From IMG/VR virus record IMGVR_UViG_3300037751_000148, positions 1 to 46,983 of that record: a DNA stretch of 46,983 nt; one strand, written 5' to 3'. The notes below the pieces were generated by a model that saw only the letters and a list, made by a program, of their open reading frames with translations, ran no database searches and was not told the DNA's origin. Origin of the DNA: a virus (lineage: Duplodnaviria > Caudoviricetes). A program made the translations under genes and the position numbers. Below are positions 45,971 through 46,983 of this stretch, piece after piece; positions within the stretch are counted from its first letter, which is position 1; the number at the start of each line of letters is the position of its first letter.

Positions 45971-46227
45971 GGCTCTATCCCCGTATCGCTCTTGAATGAT
46001 TTTAACAACTCTATGGCAAGTGCCACCGGACCGTCGCTTTCGTAGTGGTATAACCTACTACCGTCGTCCCTTATATAAAGGGTTCGGCCGTCACAGGTAA
46101 TCTCGCCCGTACTCGACGCCGACCTTAGTGCTAACTGCTTACCATTAACGTATGTGAGTGCCGTAACCGTATTTCTTAGGCTTTCGTCCCTCTCCGGAAG
46201 CATTCTAATTTCACTCATCGCCGTCAT
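45964..46227 (-). CDS. Hypothetical protein
   Basis: 87-aa ORF in the operon. Confidence 0.55.
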   Translation of the reverse strand: MTAMSEIRMLPERDESLRNTVTALTYVNGKQLALRSASSTGEITCDGRTLYIRDDGSRLYHYESDGPVALAIELLKSFKSDTGIEPC

Positions 46228-46327
46228 CCTTCATAAAGAAAAAGATCCCTATCACCGCTACCAATATAAAGATCCCAGGTAGAACGTTCAGTGCTACCAG
46301 TTTGTAACTCTCGTCAACAAAATACAT
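46211..46327 (-). CDS. Small single-TM protein (38 aa)
   Basis: Hand translation MYFVDESYKLVALNVLPGIFILVAVIGIFFFMKDDGDE; GGAGG SD. Confidence 0.55.
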   Translation of the reverse strand: MYFVDESYKLVALNVLPGIFILVAVIGIFFFMKDDGDE

Positions 46328-46346
46328 AAACAACCTCCGATGCTAT

Positions 46347-46625
46347 TTAAATGTTCCCTTTAAACTTTTCCTGAACTTGGTATAACCGGCTGTCCTCCTT
46401 ATAACTTTTTGTTGAGCCGAACCATGCCTGCTCAACCAGCTGCAGGACGGACCTCGAATACTGTCTCCCATCTCTGGAGAGCATCACAGCCCTTGGACTA
46501 TTTCCTACCCGGTAGACCGCCATCTTTTCCTTGGTGGTGACGTTGCGAACAGTTCCGGAGTAGGAGATTTCATAGTTCGGGAAGTCCGGTACCGGTCTGT
46601 ACTCAACCTTCTTTACGGTAGCCAT
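46347..46625 (-). CDS. Stand-alone NUMOD4-domain protein
   Basis: YRPVPDFPNYEISYSGTVRN...VMLSRDG...VLQLVEQAWFG; no HNH domain follows. Confidence 0.75.
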   Translation of the reverse strand: MATVKKVEYRPVPDFPNYEISYSGTVRNVTTKEKMAVYRVGNSPRAVMLSRDGRQYSRSVLQLVEQAWFGSTKSYKEDSRLYQVQEKFKGNI

Positions 46626-46627
46626 TT

Positions 46628-46846
46628 TTATCTGGCGCTCCAATTGGGCCATCTCTGCGCGGCACCCGCCTCTCTTCGCAGCCGGTTAATCTCCATATCT
46701 GAATCACACTCGCTCAACCTCTTCACCAAGGCAATCTCAGTGATGGCGATATCATAAGCAACGGAATCATCGGACCACTTCCCAAATGGGTTGTGTGGGT
46801 TCCGTCCAGCAATGTGATCCAGGACAGCGGTATAGTACCCAAGGCT
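46628..46846 (-). CDS. 3' part of the HNH-AP2-like protein that begins at 615
   Basis: In frame with 615..1 after circularisation (..SLYRQ|SLGYY..). Confidence 0.8.
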   Translation of the reverse strand, partial: SLGYYTAVLDHIAGRNPHNPFGKWSDDSVAYDIAITEIALVKRLSECDSDMEINRLRREAGAAQRWPNWSAR

Positions 46847-46972
46847 CTGCCGGTATAGGCTACCGATACCGTATCTGAGGGAGGGCCTGAAACAGACGCG
46901 CCTTTCTACGAACTCTTTGACCTTGGCAAAGCTCTCCTTCATCCTCGATCCGGGTTCTACGGTTGGTGGAAC
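46847..46972. repeat. Terminal direct repeat, copy 2
   Basis: Identical to 1-126; the last 11 nt of the window diverge. Confidence 0.95.
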
Positions 46973-46983
46973 CCGGATCAAGG

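Noticed and set aside
46973-46983. The last 11 nt diverge from the terminal repeat and fold back on 46943-46957 (GATCCGGGTTC/GAACCCGGATC), resembling a hairpin telomere
   Set aside because: No protelomerase is encoded and an ORF reads cleanly through the circular join; most likely a fold-back read or assembly artefact. It also creates the false start of ORF 46628..46981.

Overview
The window appears to be one complete, circularly assembled tailed dsDNA phage genome of podovirus-like architecture. The unit length is about 46,846 bp, because bases 1-126 recur at 46847-46972. The minus-strand arm (38766 through the join to 9804) carries replication and early genes: ssDNA-binding-like protein, SNF2 helicase, VRR-NUC, PD-(D/E)XK exonuclease, a tandem CsrA-like protein, NUMOD4, a degenerate HNH-AP2 gene crossing the join, family A DNA polymerase, primase-helicase, an iteron/(AT)n origin candidate, DUF932 and RadC/JAB. 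The plus-strand arm (10415-38646) carries packaging and virion genes: AT-hook TerS candidate, M23 peptidase, intein-containing TerL, portal, scaffold, capsid, repeat fibres, tail tubular proteins, ejection proteins and a tail fibre with a chaperone. I recognised no integrase, repressor, tRNA or CRISPR array. The main finding is an integron-like cassette array with no integrase at about 39.25-40.65 kb. Three full attC-like sites and one partial site separate small genes, and those genes lie opposite to the normal integron orientation so that they run with the phage minus-strand arm. A CsrA-type GGA hairpin sits just upstream of the array, and the same arm encodes a single-chain CsrA pseudo-dimer. 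Other oddities are His at PolA position 762, a +1 frameshift in a lipase-like gene, a mini-intein in the TerL Walker A motif, and twin 21-aa-repeat fibre proteins. All calls come from motif recognition by eye; no searches were run.
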